Positions 25,208-39,896 of a DNA stretch of 64,000 nt are shown one piece after another. This stretch comes from Paragordius varius (taxonomy: Eukaryota > Animalia > Nematomorpha): contig OZ176053.1 of assembly GCA_964247055.1 (NCBI GenBank), positions 1,302,001 through 1,366,000 on the forward strand, read 5' to 3'. Each line of letters opens with the position of its first letter. Within the stretch, counting starts at the first letter, position 1. A model generated the notes under the pieces. It was not told where the DNA came from. It did not search any database and saw nothing but the letters and a program-made list of their open reading frames with translations. A program made the position numbers and the translations under genes.

Positions 25208-28200
25208 TCATGGGCCAAATTGCGCATCGTTTTGTACAGAATGTTGGTTGATCTCATGCTTTACAACGATGTCCTAACCTATTTCCAATCCACATATCAT
25301 ATTTATTGAATTACGCGTTTATATTTGCAAGAAAATAAATATAATCTTGGGATTGATTTGCACAAAAATGCGGTGTATATTAAGATGAAGAACCATTCAG
25401 CTGTGACGTTATTTCTTGACCCTAAATAAGAAAAAAAATGTAGTTTTACAAATTTTAATTCGGAAAAATTTCCGTAACATTCATTATATGAGCAAGTGTA
25501 TACCTGCAAATTTCGATGTTTCAAACTTTGAAATTGGATAGAATTGGTAAGAGATGGAGATTTGGTTCCGCCTTTAAACATGTTCTGAATGCGATACACA
25601 AAAGTTTCAAGAACTTTCTTAAGGGGTGGAATGTGTTTGAGCAGTGTTGAGTCCTTTTTCGTCTAATTTACAAAATGCACACGTAAATATATATACTATC
25701 CTCGCTAGATATACTTTAAAAGGAAAATTATATGATGAAATTATATATTACTTCTCAACGACCAATTAGTATCTTAATTTCTAAAACGCTTACTTTACAA
25801 TGTGTGATGACCATGTGCAAATATCGTGTAATTTCTTGCATTTCCCTTATTATAGCTTGGATTTGAGACCGTATATCATCAGCCAACTCGCCAGAGTTCC
25901 CGAAACACTGAAGAATGTATTGTAATTCCACCATCAACTTAACGTAAAAGTTTTCCACAAATTGGCGTCCAGTGCGGAGTGTATGTAATATGTAATGCTT
26001 ATCGGGAAAGTGTTTACAAATGCGTATGAGTGTGAGAAATAATTTGCACAAAACTGCCGTTGATTGCAAAAATGTTTGAGGATATTGCAATGTTTGCGCA
26101 TTCAATTGAGATTCTGACTCCTCTGACCCTGCCTGGAGAGAAGCATGAGGACCATGGTTTGAAACTTTAGTTTTATGTCCATAGAGATTGACTAGATTTC
26201 GTGCCAGACCGATACATTCTTTCAATAGCACGTCAAAATAAACGGGAAAGAAGTGCCTGTTAACATAAAAAAATTTGTGGTAATTTGCGATATTCAAAAA
26301 ACAAACATTCAGGGAACAAATTTAATATTAAAATATAAATGATTACGGAATCATGGATGGATAGATGACAATATCCTGCGAACAAGTTGCATGTTTAGTA
26401 GTTTGAGAGATATTTTCTTTATTCAACGAATTATTTAACATATCTTGCATTTGAATATTGATTAATTCATCAAGCACTTCTAGGGGTTCATTCGTAACAA
26501 ATTTTAACCTAAATATATAAATCATCTCAAAAATATTGTAAAATTTTATTGTATGAATAAACTGACGGGCTTTCAAAAAATAAAAAATATAAACTAGTCC
26601 ATCGCCGAAAGAACTGACCGAATCTGAAAATGCCTTATTCAGCTCAGCCACTCACCTTTATATACAAAATTATATCATAAACACCGGATTTGTGGTGATA
26701 TAAATATAGATAGAATAAAAAATTACATATATTGTTTGAATAAACTCTCAGAATAATTAATGCCAAAATATTAAAGGTTAAAAGCGCCAAATCCTATAAT
26801 ATAAAATATTTTATCAAACTTTTAGTTAGCTTGTAATCTATGTGCACATTGTTCTGGTACCATTTTAAATGTGTTAAACCAAATAGCCATGTATGGATAT
26901 ATATGTACGATAAAATAAGATTTACTTTAAAAGTTTAACTAACGAAGCTTCAAACATCGGTTTCGATCCGGTCGGAAAATAAAATTTTACGTAATTTTTT
27001 GTTTCTTCAAATCGTTCATTAACTACTTGTTCGGTAGAGTTGATTAATTGGGTAGAATGAGAATAAGGAATGGCGTCTTTTGTCATTTGGTTTCGCAGCA
27101 AATAATTTTGCTGCAAACTCACGTTTATAAGTGTGGAAAATGATTGTGTTGTTATGTTTGGGTTTTCCCGATGATCTTTAAAATAACAAATTAATTATGA
27201 TAAAAAACATCAATATAGACACTAATTAATATACTACTACCTGATAGCTCAAACAAATCATAGAGAAAAGTGAGCACACATTCAGAAAATATGAGAGATT
27301 TTGAATTTTGGATCAAATTGCCAAAGAAATTGTATGTCACTTCTCGCCTGAATATATATATAATATATACAGTAAAAACTTATACGGACAAAACGTAAAA
27401 ATATAAAGAAAAATATTTTTTCAAAAAAAACAACCATATACTTTTAAAACCTTAATTTTTGCTATATAAAATATTTAATTAACTACATAATTGATTGTGC
27501 TACCAATTTATATTTCCATCTTATATATTTTGCAGTTTAGAACAATCACACTTATATTTAATAAAATTAAGATTCAAAAAATATGGTTGTATTTATATTT
27601 TTACGTTTTGTCCGTATAATATCAATTTTTACTGTATATATGCGCATACTTGTTCTCAGAGATATCGAACTGAGATTTATCAATACTTTTAATGCCATTC
27701 CATAAACTTTCCAATATTGATGTGTTTTCTTCAGGATAAGTGCTTGTTAATAAGTGCCATACATTTCACAATGTTGAGATTAATGTTGTAAGTAATGATA
27801 GATTCTTCCTAATTATAAATTATCAAAATATTAAGATAACTAACTCTTGCAAAGACCCTTCAGCAAAATTAAAATTTATCAAATAAATGGAAAATTTTTA
27901 TTTTTAGTATTAGTTTTGGCTTGCAAATTAAAAAACAACTGTTTTGCAAAAAAAATTATTTTTTATAAAAGATTATACAATTGGAAAAGCGAAATTCACT
28001 AATATATATTCCATTGTTGTAATTTAAAAATAAATCCAAATTTAATTGTTAAATAATAACTTTGTTATCCATTATTAAAAAATTCATTTTTCCTATTCAG
28101 AATTATATAATCATGGAAACCTCTGTCATTTCCGCCACCATAGATTTCTGCAATCGCCCAATAAAATTGGCGCAAACATTCTCCTCTGACCATTGACTTA

Positions 28201-30127
28201 ATAGGGTTTTGCATTTTGATTGGTGGGATTCTTTGGATGAGTTTTGTATTAATTTGAGTTTTTTCTGTTCTTGACTAAGGAAAAGATTTCCCTTTGTGGC
28301 AATGCTGGGTAATGTCATTTCCAACATATGGAGATATTCATTCAAGAGATAATCGTAATGCTTACAATCCAAGTCCTAACATAAATTTATGTTAAACTAA
28401 AACTTTAAAAGAGTTAAATAAATAAAATATCAATCGTACCAGATCTGTTGAAAATAGTTCCTTAAACACAAAAATTTCGAAAGGGCGACTTAGTTTTCGC
28501 AAACTTTTTCGAAGTTGTTCTTTGGCAAGATTATGATTCGCGCCCTTTTTATCCAAAGAACTATCATGGTTCATTCTGCGTTATGAAAAAATTTTAAAAG
28601 TAAATGTATATTACAGGGTTTATGTCAAAAGTTAATACTTTCTCAATTTATTGTTTATTTTTTTGGACTTTAATTGTTTTTTTCGTTTGGATTCTTTCGT
28701 ATTTTCTGCATCTTTCTCATGGGTTGTAGGATTAGCATCAATTAGGTGCAAATAATTTGTAATGTTTAATAAGGGATTATTCTCGCCGTTATTTTCCTTC
28801 TCTATGGTGTGTGAATGCAAAGGAAACAGTATATAAAGTTTTAAACGCGTAAAAAATAAATGAAATTACTTGAGTTTACATATTTTCCTGAGATTAACCG
28901 TTGACTACTTTGTTCGCATTCTAATAATTGGAGATAATCACTAAAAGTGTGAAACAACCCATTTTTAATACCATGATTGTTGTGATTAAGATTGTTAGTT
29001 AACGATAATTTTTTATGCGGAGAAGGCAAAGTTATGCTGTTAAGAATTTCACAATGAACTTTTTCCAACGAATAAAAGGTAGGATAGAGTTCAAGTTGAT
29101 CTGAATATTCTTACAAAAAAATCATAGAAATATGAATCAAACTTTACGGTAAAAACCGAAATTATACGGACAAAACTTAAAAATATAAAGACAAATATTT
29201 CTTTACTAAAAGACAACCATACTTTTTAAAACTTAATTTTTCTAAATATAACGTCTTGTTTCAAACTATAAGTATGAGATAGATATGTTTATTGGTAACA
29301 CAATTTATTATATAATTTATAGTTTAAAACAACCATATATATTTAAATAGTTCAAGATTTAAAAAGCATGGTTGTCTTTTAGAAAAAAATGTTTGTCTTA
29401 TATTTTTACGTTTTGTCCGTATAAATTCAATTTTTACTGTATTTAGTAAATACCACTACGCAATCTACCATTTAAATCTATAAATGTGGTAAAATATATT
29501 TGAATAAACTACCGATAGTTATATCCAAAAAATTAAAATTCCCGTAAAATTTACAAACCAAATCTAGGAAAGATTGAAATTATCTTAATCTTTGCTGCAA
29601 ATATTTCCGTAAAATATAGTACTTTGAAGAGCATTTATGATGTATTCTTCAATTTCCATTAGAGTACCTAATCTTTCGATCAAAACTTGTTTGAGCTTTA
29701 AGTGTATGGATAAATGAACACAACCATTAATAATCTAACGTTAAAGAAAGTGTAAAAAACCTCTCGATACCAATCGGAAGCGATTTGCAAGAAACTGAAA
29801 CAACATTGAATTCGTTCCAAATTATTTTTTATTTCCTTTCTGTTTTCATTGCCAGTTTGTGAAATATCAAAAGTTGTTCCCTCCTCGTCACACAGTGTAG
29901 GTCCAACTTTATAGGACAAATTACAATATTTAAATAAATTAGAAAGCGGTAAAAAGATATAAATACCCACCATCATTCAATGTTTGCTCTTGAGATATTA
30001 TTTCAAAAATATGTTGTAATTCAGTATCAGTTGATTTAAAAGACACCCCTAACCCTAAAAAGGGTAATATTACATCCAGTTGATTTGCCTTCAATGCTAA
30101 AAACAAAAACAAACGAATGAAACAGGC

Positions 30128-30158
<31 letters not shown>

Positions 30159-33100
30159 TTAAAATGCAAACAAACCAAGTTTCCATATGCCGCGGAATAA
30201 ATAAATAGGTTCCAAATTTATAAAGGTATCTGTATGATCTTGAAAACTATTATTGCTTATATTTTTAGGTGTCGTCGGGCTAAAGTTTATGGTCATATTT
30301 GAAATATCTGGGTTAAGCAAAGGCGTTTTATTAGGTTTTTCCTTATTTTTTTCAATCATTTCTCTCAAGGCTTCCTCCAGAATCTTCCTATGACGGGGTT
30401 TCAATTCAAACAACAATAAATTATTATTTTCAGTTTGTGTTGATTGTGACATTATTAAGTATTTAGCCAATAAATTGTTGAACCATTCTAGTAAGAAAAA
30501 AGAGTTAAATTTTTCGTTTGTGGTCAGAATGTCTAAAATAAGTATTTTGTGGATGTTTGAGAGAGAATCCGTGCCCATCAAATTGGATAAAAATCTGAAG
30601 CATTCCTTAGAAGCGATGTTTTGCTTTGCATCCATTTCCTCACTTAAATAAAATAGTTTGCGTTTAAAAAATCATTTTTTAAATTTACAATTCACCATAA
30701 CTAATACTTTTGAGAGAGGGAATAATCGTTAACATATAAATAAGCCGCTTGTATTAAGGCATAGAGCGTAAAACAACACGAGTTTCCATAACTGTTATTG
30801 TTGCCATTTAATAAAGCCAATTTGCAAGATTTCGTATTATTAGTTTCAGTTGGATTTAAATTTTCTGTTAGAACGATATCGTCAGAACAAAGTTGAGTTA
30901 TATTAAGATTAAGGGCCTGGCCTAAAAAATCAAATTGTCGCATAAATTGGGACAGAGAAGATAATTTTGACTGTTTTGGTGGATGGCAAAGGCATTTAAG
31001 AAGTGTGAAGAGATGTGGATACATTGATAGGGGTAGTTTGACAGATATATCAATAACTTTCTAGTAAGAAAAACAAAAAGAAATTAGAAATATAAGAGAA
31101 GAATATCGAAAACTAACTACGAAACCTGTCTATAATCTTGTAGTAATGAGCCATCTTCCGAAGAATTAAATAGATTGTCAATTAAATGAGTATTGAGCCT
31201 ATTATGATCACAACAAGGTGGAATGGTGGATGAGATTAAATGCGTTAGCAATCCAAGTAGGTGATATGTTGAGTCAATGCTCTTCGTGCAAGTAATTGCC
31301 TCAAATATAGCCAGTAAACACTTCTAAAAACGGTCATTAATCAAAATAAATAACGTTTAAGCTAAATCGAAAAAGTATATACCATTTACAGTTCAAATTC
31401 ACCCTTGAACAATTCAAATTCACTCTAAAAATAAATTATGTGTTTTCGAACTAATATAACTCTTTATTAATAAGAAATATATCTTTATGACATAGTTTAT
31501 TATTTTTTCAGTATTATTTTAATTTGATACAAAATTTTTATTTTTTAAAAATATATAAAAATATTGTTAATTTTTAATCTTAAAAAACATATATTTTAGT
31601 TAGGAGTAAATTTGAATTATTTAAGGGTTAATTTGTGTTGTAAATGGTATATATATGCTAACTTGTTTGATAATATTGGCTACATCTTTAGCTTGCATAA
31701 TGCTCACATAAAAATATACTCCAAAGTTCCCATCGAAATTGCTAACATTTTCATTTTCCGTTTTTTCCCTGTGATGAGTCGAACTGAGTTTGTTTTTTTT
31801 ACCTATAAAATTAATTATAATAAAAAGAAAACAGTAAGCAATTATTATTCATGCCGAATAAAAACAATATCAATCATATAAATAGGACCTAGAATAACAA
31901 TATTTAAAAATATTTTAAACATCATATGTATAAAAAAATAATTAGTGGAGACTTTCTTACTATTTAAATAAATTTGTCTGGCTAATAGTTCGGTCGAATC
32001 TAAAAATCGTTCCAAAAGATTGGGGAAAAATTGGAAAAAATCATTCCATAAAGTTGTTTTAAAGACATTTTTTCCTACTGAGTTGTTCTTTATATTTTGT
32101 TCAGTTTGATCACTTTGTAAAGATTTGATATTCTCAGCCGGTTTTAATCCAGCCTCCTGGGCCAACACTAAAATAAGCAAGTCCAAAATCTGTTTTCCGA
32201 ATCGCAAAAATTAAAATTAATCTTTTAGTTCTTTCTTGACTCAAAAAATATAATATAAATTACATGTAGAGACGATGAGGGAGAGCTTGTATAAACGTGA
32301 GCACTTTTTTGCATTATAAAGCGTCCAACATTGATTGAAGTTTTAAACAAATTCAAAAATGTTTCTGTGATTCGGACAAAACTAAAAAGAGTTACCATTT
32401 TAAAGTTATTTATGAAATAAAGTATTGTAATTTAACACAAACCATTTATTACGCATATTTAGATTTTGTTCATCATTGTTTGATGTCATAATAAATATTC
32501 TTTTATTTTCGGCACACAGAGCTTGGTAAAATTGATTGTAGATTCGTTCTATTCGGTTAATTGTTTCAATTGGGATTTCAAAAGAAGTTTCATTGTTTTT
32601 GCCATCTTTAGAAGAGGAGACATTAACACTTTTGAGTGATTGATTTTTAAGATATGACAACACATATTGTGTAATTAAGTTTAGGGGTAAAGTATGTTCA
32701 TTTTCCGTCAAATTCAGTTGAGGAATAATTTTGATCAAAGAGGTCAAAATCTTATTTTCTAACAAATTCTTAACTTTTTGTGACAAATCAGATTGAGGAG
32801 ATTCGTTGGTTTCGATATTATTTGAAGTTATTTGCGCTTCAAACGTTGAAAGACACAAAATTAATTGTTCAACAAGATCAAGGCTATATATCTCACCCAT
32901 ACTTTCAAATATTAAACTACTATAAAAGGTAATTACATACCCAATATTTTCTATAATAAGTAAGGCCGTTTCATTTCTGTTTAAGATTTCGGGTAAAATT
33001 AATAAAAAATCTTTTTGTAAAATAGGGTCCAAGTGCTGAAAATTGTCAAACAAAATTGATACAAATTTCTGCGGATAAACGATATTATAAAACTTGTTCA

Positions 33101-33535
33101 TCATATATAACATTTGTATTTCGAATAGCATTGATTAGATTAGAATGCCGCTGTTTTGAAGCGTAAGAAATGATATACTTTAAAAGTATTGGCTGAAATT
33201 TGAAATTATCTAAAAGTATGGATGCGATCGAATGCATAGTTTCTCTATAAATTAAAACTTAAAATACTCCTCTCCAAAAACAATCGGGTTAAACAATTTA
33301 TTAAATTGAGAAGCTACAAAATTTTCCGCTTCCTCGGCTAACTTATTATCAGTGAAATCGTAAGTGTCCAATATTTCAATGAAATTTTCAATGTTCCCTT
33401 ATATATAATATTATCCAAAAAACCTCTAATTATACGCGGTTCAGATAAGTCAAAATAATGTTTAAAAAACTTTTCCACAGAATTTTCCGAATAAGTCCCT
33501 TTGACTGATGATGTTGTTTTCGTCAATCTCACCAT
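25208..33535 (-). CDS. FANCD2: Fanconi anemia group D2 protein, copy 2 (multi-exon, apparently complete)
   Basis: C-terminal exons 'ILHTLRTGRQFVENFYVKLM...MQEITRYLHMVITHCK' and 'TKKDSTLLKHIPPLKKVLETFVYRIQNMF...SLKHRNLQ' match the FANCD2 C-terminus (human '[21 protein letters not shown]...TRLLHHLCGHSK...[21 protein letters not shown]...LKNRDLQ'). The last exon and stop (25208) are my best guess. Confidence 0.9.
27370..27634. mobile_element. Tc1/mariner-type MITE (orthologous to 810-1061)
   Basis: CAGT…ACTG termini, TA flanks. Confidence 0.85.
29147..29439. mobile_element. Tc1/mariner-type MITE (orthologous to 2563-2854)
   Basis: Same TIRs and position. Confidence 0.85.
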
Positions 33536-34039
33536 AAGAATTTAAACGATGTGGGATTATTTCATGTGTTTTTGTGGGCTTAAAAAAATACTTATCAAGA
33601 CGATCTTGACCGAATCGCCTGAAATAATCATAATCAAAAGAGAGGGTTTAAATGAACTTGTGCGTTCCATGTGCAAAATTTTAAATATATCATATTTGTT
33701 GCAGGGATTACATTTTAGCGCATGTATATAAAATAAATTAAACTATTCCAGCAATTCCGCTGATTAAATAGTTAAAGAGAGCATATAATAAGGAATTGAG
33801 CTGACAAATAAAAACAGAATTAATTAAAAGGAAAATCTAAAGACACGCCTAGCTGTCCATAAAATTGTTAGTTTCTGTAATTTGCAATTTGAAACACCAG
33901 AGTACATATATGGATGTAACGGGTAATTTTATTTCCTATGATTGCAATCAGAAAAAAATTTATATGATAGGCTGTTTGAAACAACAAATTCGAAGGCTCT
34001 AGGCCTTTTTCTCCTATGGCAACCAGGGATCGGGACATG

Positions 34040-34462
34040 TGAATCAATACTACCAACCAAGATTTGTTACGTGATAGCGAATCGAAGGAATCTTTTACGA
34101 GGTAAATGTATTTTTTAGGTGTAATGGGATAAACTCCGCGGGAAAAGCGTACATTGCGGAATCCAGAAGCCGTGGACAGATCAAATGCTGGGGATTTGGG
34201 ACTGGACGATTGATGGAGCGACACAGGAAGAGGAACCTACTAATTACGAGGTAATCTTAATTTTTAGGTCTGGGTCGACTTTGGCACATTGGGAGGAGGG
34301 ATCTGTTGGGATTGGGCTCTTGGGAACGCCCAGATGGGGAGAAGGCAAATCGTGCCTGGAGCGGATGGATGGCAAGACGCAATAAAGGATCTCATTCGGG
34401 ATGATTGCACAACAAACTCTCATTATCCTTGTGGAGAGTTTTTGGGCGAACAGGCTTTCTAA
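34040..34462 (+). pseudogene. Second copy of the Trp-rich remnant (micro-introns 34102-34118, 34251-34267)
   Basis: Near-identical to 8176-8601. Confidence 0.4.
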
Positions 34463-34618
34463 TGGGAGGAATAAATCCTCTCCTTCACAAGGGTGGGAAA
34501 ATCAGCTCTTATTATTTGGAAGGAGTTGTTTTCCTAACTTGTGTGAAGGAGGAGGATTTATTTGTCCCATTAAAGAGTCTTTTGCCCAAATACTCTCCAC
34601 AAGTATAATGAGAGTTTG
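34413..34618 (+). other. Second copy of the ~206-nt fold-back
   Basis: Identical to 8552-8757 except one C>T that turns a C-G pair into U.G. Confidence 0.9.
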
Positions 34619-35900
34619 AGTCAGGCCCCTAAGTCCAAAATTTTAATTTGAGCACTCTTACTCCCGGACGCTCAAAAAAAAATTTTGGACTTAGAATATT
34701 TTTTAATTTTTTTTTCGCCCTTGGGGGGGGGGGGGGGGGGGGTTATATATATTTATTGATATTTTTTAATTTTTTTTCAATAAAAAATATATTTAGACAA
34801 CATTTATTGAATAATTTATATAAAAAATATTAATTTTCCGTGATATATTTATTCTTGTCTGGTTAGGTTATTCTTATTTTTCTGTCCATTTGTTGTTTAT
34901 AAATTATCAAAATGATTCTTGATTTCTGTCGATTGGTTGTATTTGTTTATAGAATATCGTAACTAATGTTTGATCGTATTTTCTGATCTATAAAATATTA
35001 ATAGATAAAATTTAATGTAATGAATACAAATAATTATTAAAATTTTTAAGATGATATTTTAGCATTTTGTTAAGAATAGCGATTATATTAATCAGCTGTT
35101 TTTGCTTGTTTTTAGCCTGATTGTGGTTCAAGTAAATCTTTTTAAATATTAAAACCTCAATAAACCTAAAATTTAATATTATATAAATTAAAAATTACAA
35201 GTAATAATAGCGCGCTTTTATCCTTATAAATGACAAATATATTAGATGTTTCAATATAAACAAATTTTTGTGGTTTTAATAAAATCAAGCCTTTTTATAA
35301 TATAAAAAGATATGTGGGTGTCGGTTGAGGGCTTTTAAGTAAAATTTAACTTTATAATCAAAATGAATTTTTGAGAGAGCGGTTTTTAATACTAATTTAG
35401 GTGATTTGTATCAAAGTATAGGAGTTTTTTAATAAAATTTAGCGGTTCTTAAAAAGATATCTGATTTTGTCATAAATTGGTGGTTCTTTAATAAATTTTA
35501 GTGGTTTTTTCAAATAAACCTTCACGATTTTTAACCAAAAATAGTGTTTTTTTAATAAAATAGCTATTAAATAAATCTGGTGGTATTTTAATCATTTGGC
35601 TGATTTTAAAAAATATATTAAAAAATCATGTTTAGTTTTTTATGAGAATATAGTAAAAGTATTTTGGATAAATATATATTCTCTAAACTAAAACAATTAC
35701 ATTCAAAATTTTCTTATTAAATGTACTATTTTTGAAATATTGTAAATAAGACCTAAACCAAAATATTTAAAGTTTAAAGATATCAGACGTTTTTATCCAA
35801 ATTGTGGTTTTTAAAAAGAAAATTTTATGGTTTTAGGAAATTTAATTTTTTATGTTGCAAACTCAAAACTTAAACAACCCATATATAAATTAATATAAAG

Positions 35901-36013
35901 AAATGCATGAGTCTCGGCCTGCTTCGCAGACCGAGGAAGTCCTGCGGACTTCTTTAAGATAATGAACCAACTCCAATCCCTCACCCTAACCCTAGCCCAC
36001 AATCTCGAAACCC
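35901..36013 (-). repeat. G4/twin-hairpin element, inverted full copy
   Basis: Reverse complement of the 45184-45297 element with few changes. Confidence 0.9.
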
Positions 36014-38429
36014 TTAAAGTTTAAACCAAAATTGATATAAATTTTACTCAAAACGGTAACAAAAACAGCTGAAAACGAATAATTACATAATATATTATGC
36101 TATATAGAACACACTGAAAATAAAAGAAAAATTGGATTAAATTGCGAATTTTATTAAGAAAAATTAATATGTATTGTTGTAAAAATCGAGCGGTTTTTAA
36201 ATGGAAATAAAAAATTTAAAAAAACCAACTTAGCTCTTTTTTAAAATAAAATTAGGTGTTTTTATATATGATTAGTTGTTTTTCAGAAATAAACCTTAGA
36301 TTTTAGCGGTTTTAAAGTATGACTCAACAGTTTTTTAATATTTAGCTGTTTTTTAAAAATCGGATTTTAAAAAGGTTAAGTATCTTAGAATTTAGCGATT
36401 TTTAATAAAAAAAATTTATCGGTTTCGTAAAAAACTTAACAGTTTTTTAACAAAAAAATAGGGTTTTTTAAATAAATATTAGCTGTTTAATAAGCATATT
36501 TCAAGGTTTTTTAATCAAAGTTACCCTTTAATAAAAAATAGGTTTTATATATAAAATTAAAAAAAGATTTGTTGAGATTTATAAAATATCAGCTAATTTA
36601 AAAAGATTTAGTAATTGTTAAATATATAACGGTTTTTAAAAGGAATTGTGTTGATCAATTTAGCAGTTTTCGTAAATAATTTAGAGGTTTTATGATAGCT
36701 ATTTGCAGTTTTAGAAATATTTAGCTAGGTTTCAATAATGATTAGCTATTTTTAAAAAACTCTTACTATTTAGCGGTTTTAAATAATGATTTAACGGTTT
36801 TTAAAAATAAATTAGCGGTTTTAAAAAGAATTGTGGATTTTAATAATTATTGGTGGTTAAATTTAGTGGTTTTTCAATATATAATGTTTTGTTAAAAAAC
36901 CTCAGCAGTTTTTTGATAAAAATTTAGTATTTCTTAGATTTGCGGTTGTTTAAAAGTTTAACGGTTTTTAATAAAAAAAAAATTTATGATAAATAAAAGA
37001 ATAATAAAATTTAGCGGTTTTTATGAGAAAAATATGTATTGATATATATTAGCGGTTTATAAAACGTATTTAGAGGTTTTTATATCAATGTTACAATTGG
37101 CGTTTTAAAAGAAATATATCCTGTATTTATGTTGGTGGTTTTTCAATAAAATTTAGTGGTTCCAAAAATCTTTAATGGGTTTTTTAAATTCAAATAATCC
37201 TCTTTTTTAATATTGTGGTTTTTAGAAAGTTTTACCAATTTTTATCTAATAATTTGTTTATTATTTGATGTTAAATCAAATAAATGAATAAAATAAAAAA
37301 TAATTGATTTATTCATCACAGTTGTTCCTTTTAAAATACAAACAACAGTCAATAAAGCCACCTGTTTTTACTTAGTCAGCCGTTTAGAATCAAGTGTTTA
37401 TAATTAATGCCATTAAAGTTATTCTTATTTAAATGATGAAGACAGCTGTTTTAGTATATTTAATTAGATTGTTAAATCAACCGTTTTTTTTCAAAAGCAT
37501 GCGATTAATAAACAGATTAATAAAACCAATGATTTAATATAACAGCTGATTAATTAAAAATCTGATTAACTAAATAGACTGATCTATTAAAAAAACTTAT
37601 TAAATAAACATGTGGTTAATAAAAACAATGATTAATAAAAAATTATAAAAGAACCTTAATATGAAGACTTGGGGTTTCAAAAACCGATTAATAAAATACA
37701 AATAATAATTACCAAATTTCAAAATAATCGATTTTCCTGATCAGATTTTGGGCAAATAACTGAGGCAACCAACAAATTCTAAATTAAAAAAATAAAAATA
37801 TATATATTAAAATAAATTTTTTTAAAAAACGCCAATAATGTAATTTATAAATAAAGGATTAATTTTAACTCTTTTGCAGAAAATGTTAGCAGATTTCAAA
37901 GAGTTGTTTTAAAAGAATATTAGCAGTTTTAAAAAAATTTACTAGTTTTACAAGAATTTACCTGTTTTAAAAAAAATTTAGCGCTGTTGTAGATTTTAAA
38001 AAAAAATCTAAAAAGTTTTGCGGTTCTTTTAAATTATCCTTATTATTTTTTGAAAGTAATCGTTGTTCATATAATAAATAAATTAATAGGAGAAAATAAT
38101 TGATTACAATGGAGACAGCTGTTTTAATTAAAAATGATTTGTGTATGTCAACCGCCTTTTTATAAAACAAGTAATTTAAAATAACAGATTAATAAAACAA
38201 CTGATTAATAAAAAAAATGACTGATAAAAATAACTAAAAAACAGTTGATTAATGAAAACAAAACTCATTAAAAAATAAAAAAATTTAATTAATGATTAAA
38301 AATGATGAAAAACAACTGATATAAACAGCTGATTAATAAAGTGAAAACAAATTAAACAAAAAAATAAAATAATTAAAACAAATGATTAAAAACAAATGAT
38401 TTAGCTAATTAAACAGCTGATTAAAATCA

Positions 38430-39480
38430 ACGATTAAAATCAACTGATTAATTAAAACAACTAATTAAAAACAACCGATTAAAAACAACTGACTAATTAC
38501 ATCTGATTAATTAAAACATCTGACTAATTAAAACATCTGATTAATTAAAACATCTGATTAATTAAAACATCTGATTAATTAAAACATTTGATTAAATAAA
38601 CAACTGACTAATTAAAACAACTGATAATTAAAAACTGACTAATTAAAACAACTGATAAATTAAAACAACTGATTAATTAAAACAAAGGTAAATTAAAACA
38701 AATGATTTAAACAACTGGTTAAAAACAACTAAATAAAAACAGCTGATTAATAAAAAGAAAACTCATTAAACGATAAAAAATAATTTATTAAAACAAATGA
38801 TTAAAAACAAAAGATTTAAAAACTGAATAAAACAATTGATTAAAATAACTGATTAAAACAACTGGTTGATTAAAACAACTGGTTAATTAAAACAACTGGT
38901 TAATTAAAACAACTGGTTAATTAAAACAACTGGTTAATTAAAACAACTGGTTAATTAAAACAACTGGTTAATTAAAACAACAGGTTAATTAAAACAACTG
39001 GTTAATTAAAACAGCTGGTTAATTAAAACAGCTGGTTAATTAAAACAGCTGGTTAATTAAAACAGCTGATTCTATAAAACAACTGATTAAATAAAACAAA
39101 TATTTAAAACTCTAATTAATTAAAACAACTGATTAATTAAAACAACAACAACAACAATTAAAACAACTGATTAAATAAAACAACTGATATTAAAACAACT
39201 GATATTAAAACAACTGATATTAAAACAACTGATATTAAAACAACTGACCATATAAAACAACTGATTAATTAAAACAGCTGATTAATTAAAGCAACAGATT
39301 AATTAAAACATATTAATTAAAACAACAGAATATTTAAACAACTGATTAATTAAAAAACTGATTAATTTTACAACTGACTAATTTAAAAAACTGATTAAAT
39401 TACTGATTAATTAAAACAACTGATTATTTAAAACAATTGATATTCAAAACAACTGATTAAAAAAATTAAAACAACTGATT
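38430..39480 (+). repeat. 15-17-bp minisatellite, unit-2 copy
   Basis: Same unit as 12440-13340 with different variant run lengths. Confidence 0.9.
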
Positions 39481-39896
39481 TAACTGTATAAATACAAATG
39501 TTTAATAAAAATAACTGAATAAAAACCACTGTTTAAACAATAGATTGATAAAAAATAAAAATATTAATAGAAAACGCTTGGGTTTTTAAAAACTGATTAA
39601 AAAAATACAAATAATAGTTACCAAAATCCGATATCCAATATTTACTATCAGTTTTTGCGCAAATAAATCAGGCAACCAACATATTCTAAAATAAAAAAGA
39701 AAATATATTAAAATAAAATTAAAAAAAAATGCATTTATATATAATTTAATTTATAAATAAACAGTTGGCATACTTTTGAATTTTAAAATTTTGTTTTTAC
39801 AGAATATTTCAAGAAATTTTAGCGCTTTAATAAGAATTTTACTGCCTTTTTAAAAATTATTTAAATAGCGCTTTTAAGAGAAGTTACAGGTTACTT

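Larger units (their letters stand above)
6975..33598. repeat. Segmental tandem duplication unit 1 (spacer + FANCD2 copy 2), ~26.6 kb
   Basis: Near-colinear with 33599-57026. Sequence just upstream of each FANCD2 ATG matches up to about 'cttat(c)aagac/cttatgagac', after which copies 1 and 2 enter the spacer and copy 3 enters SLC35C1. Confidence 0.9.

Noticed and set aside
26550-26651. 'AELNKAFSDSVSSFGDGL' as a FANCD2 exon
   Set aside because: The segment follows a strong donor-like AAG|GTGAGT and differs by non-multiples of 3 between copies (15/9/14 nt), so it is probably intronic. Left unresolved.
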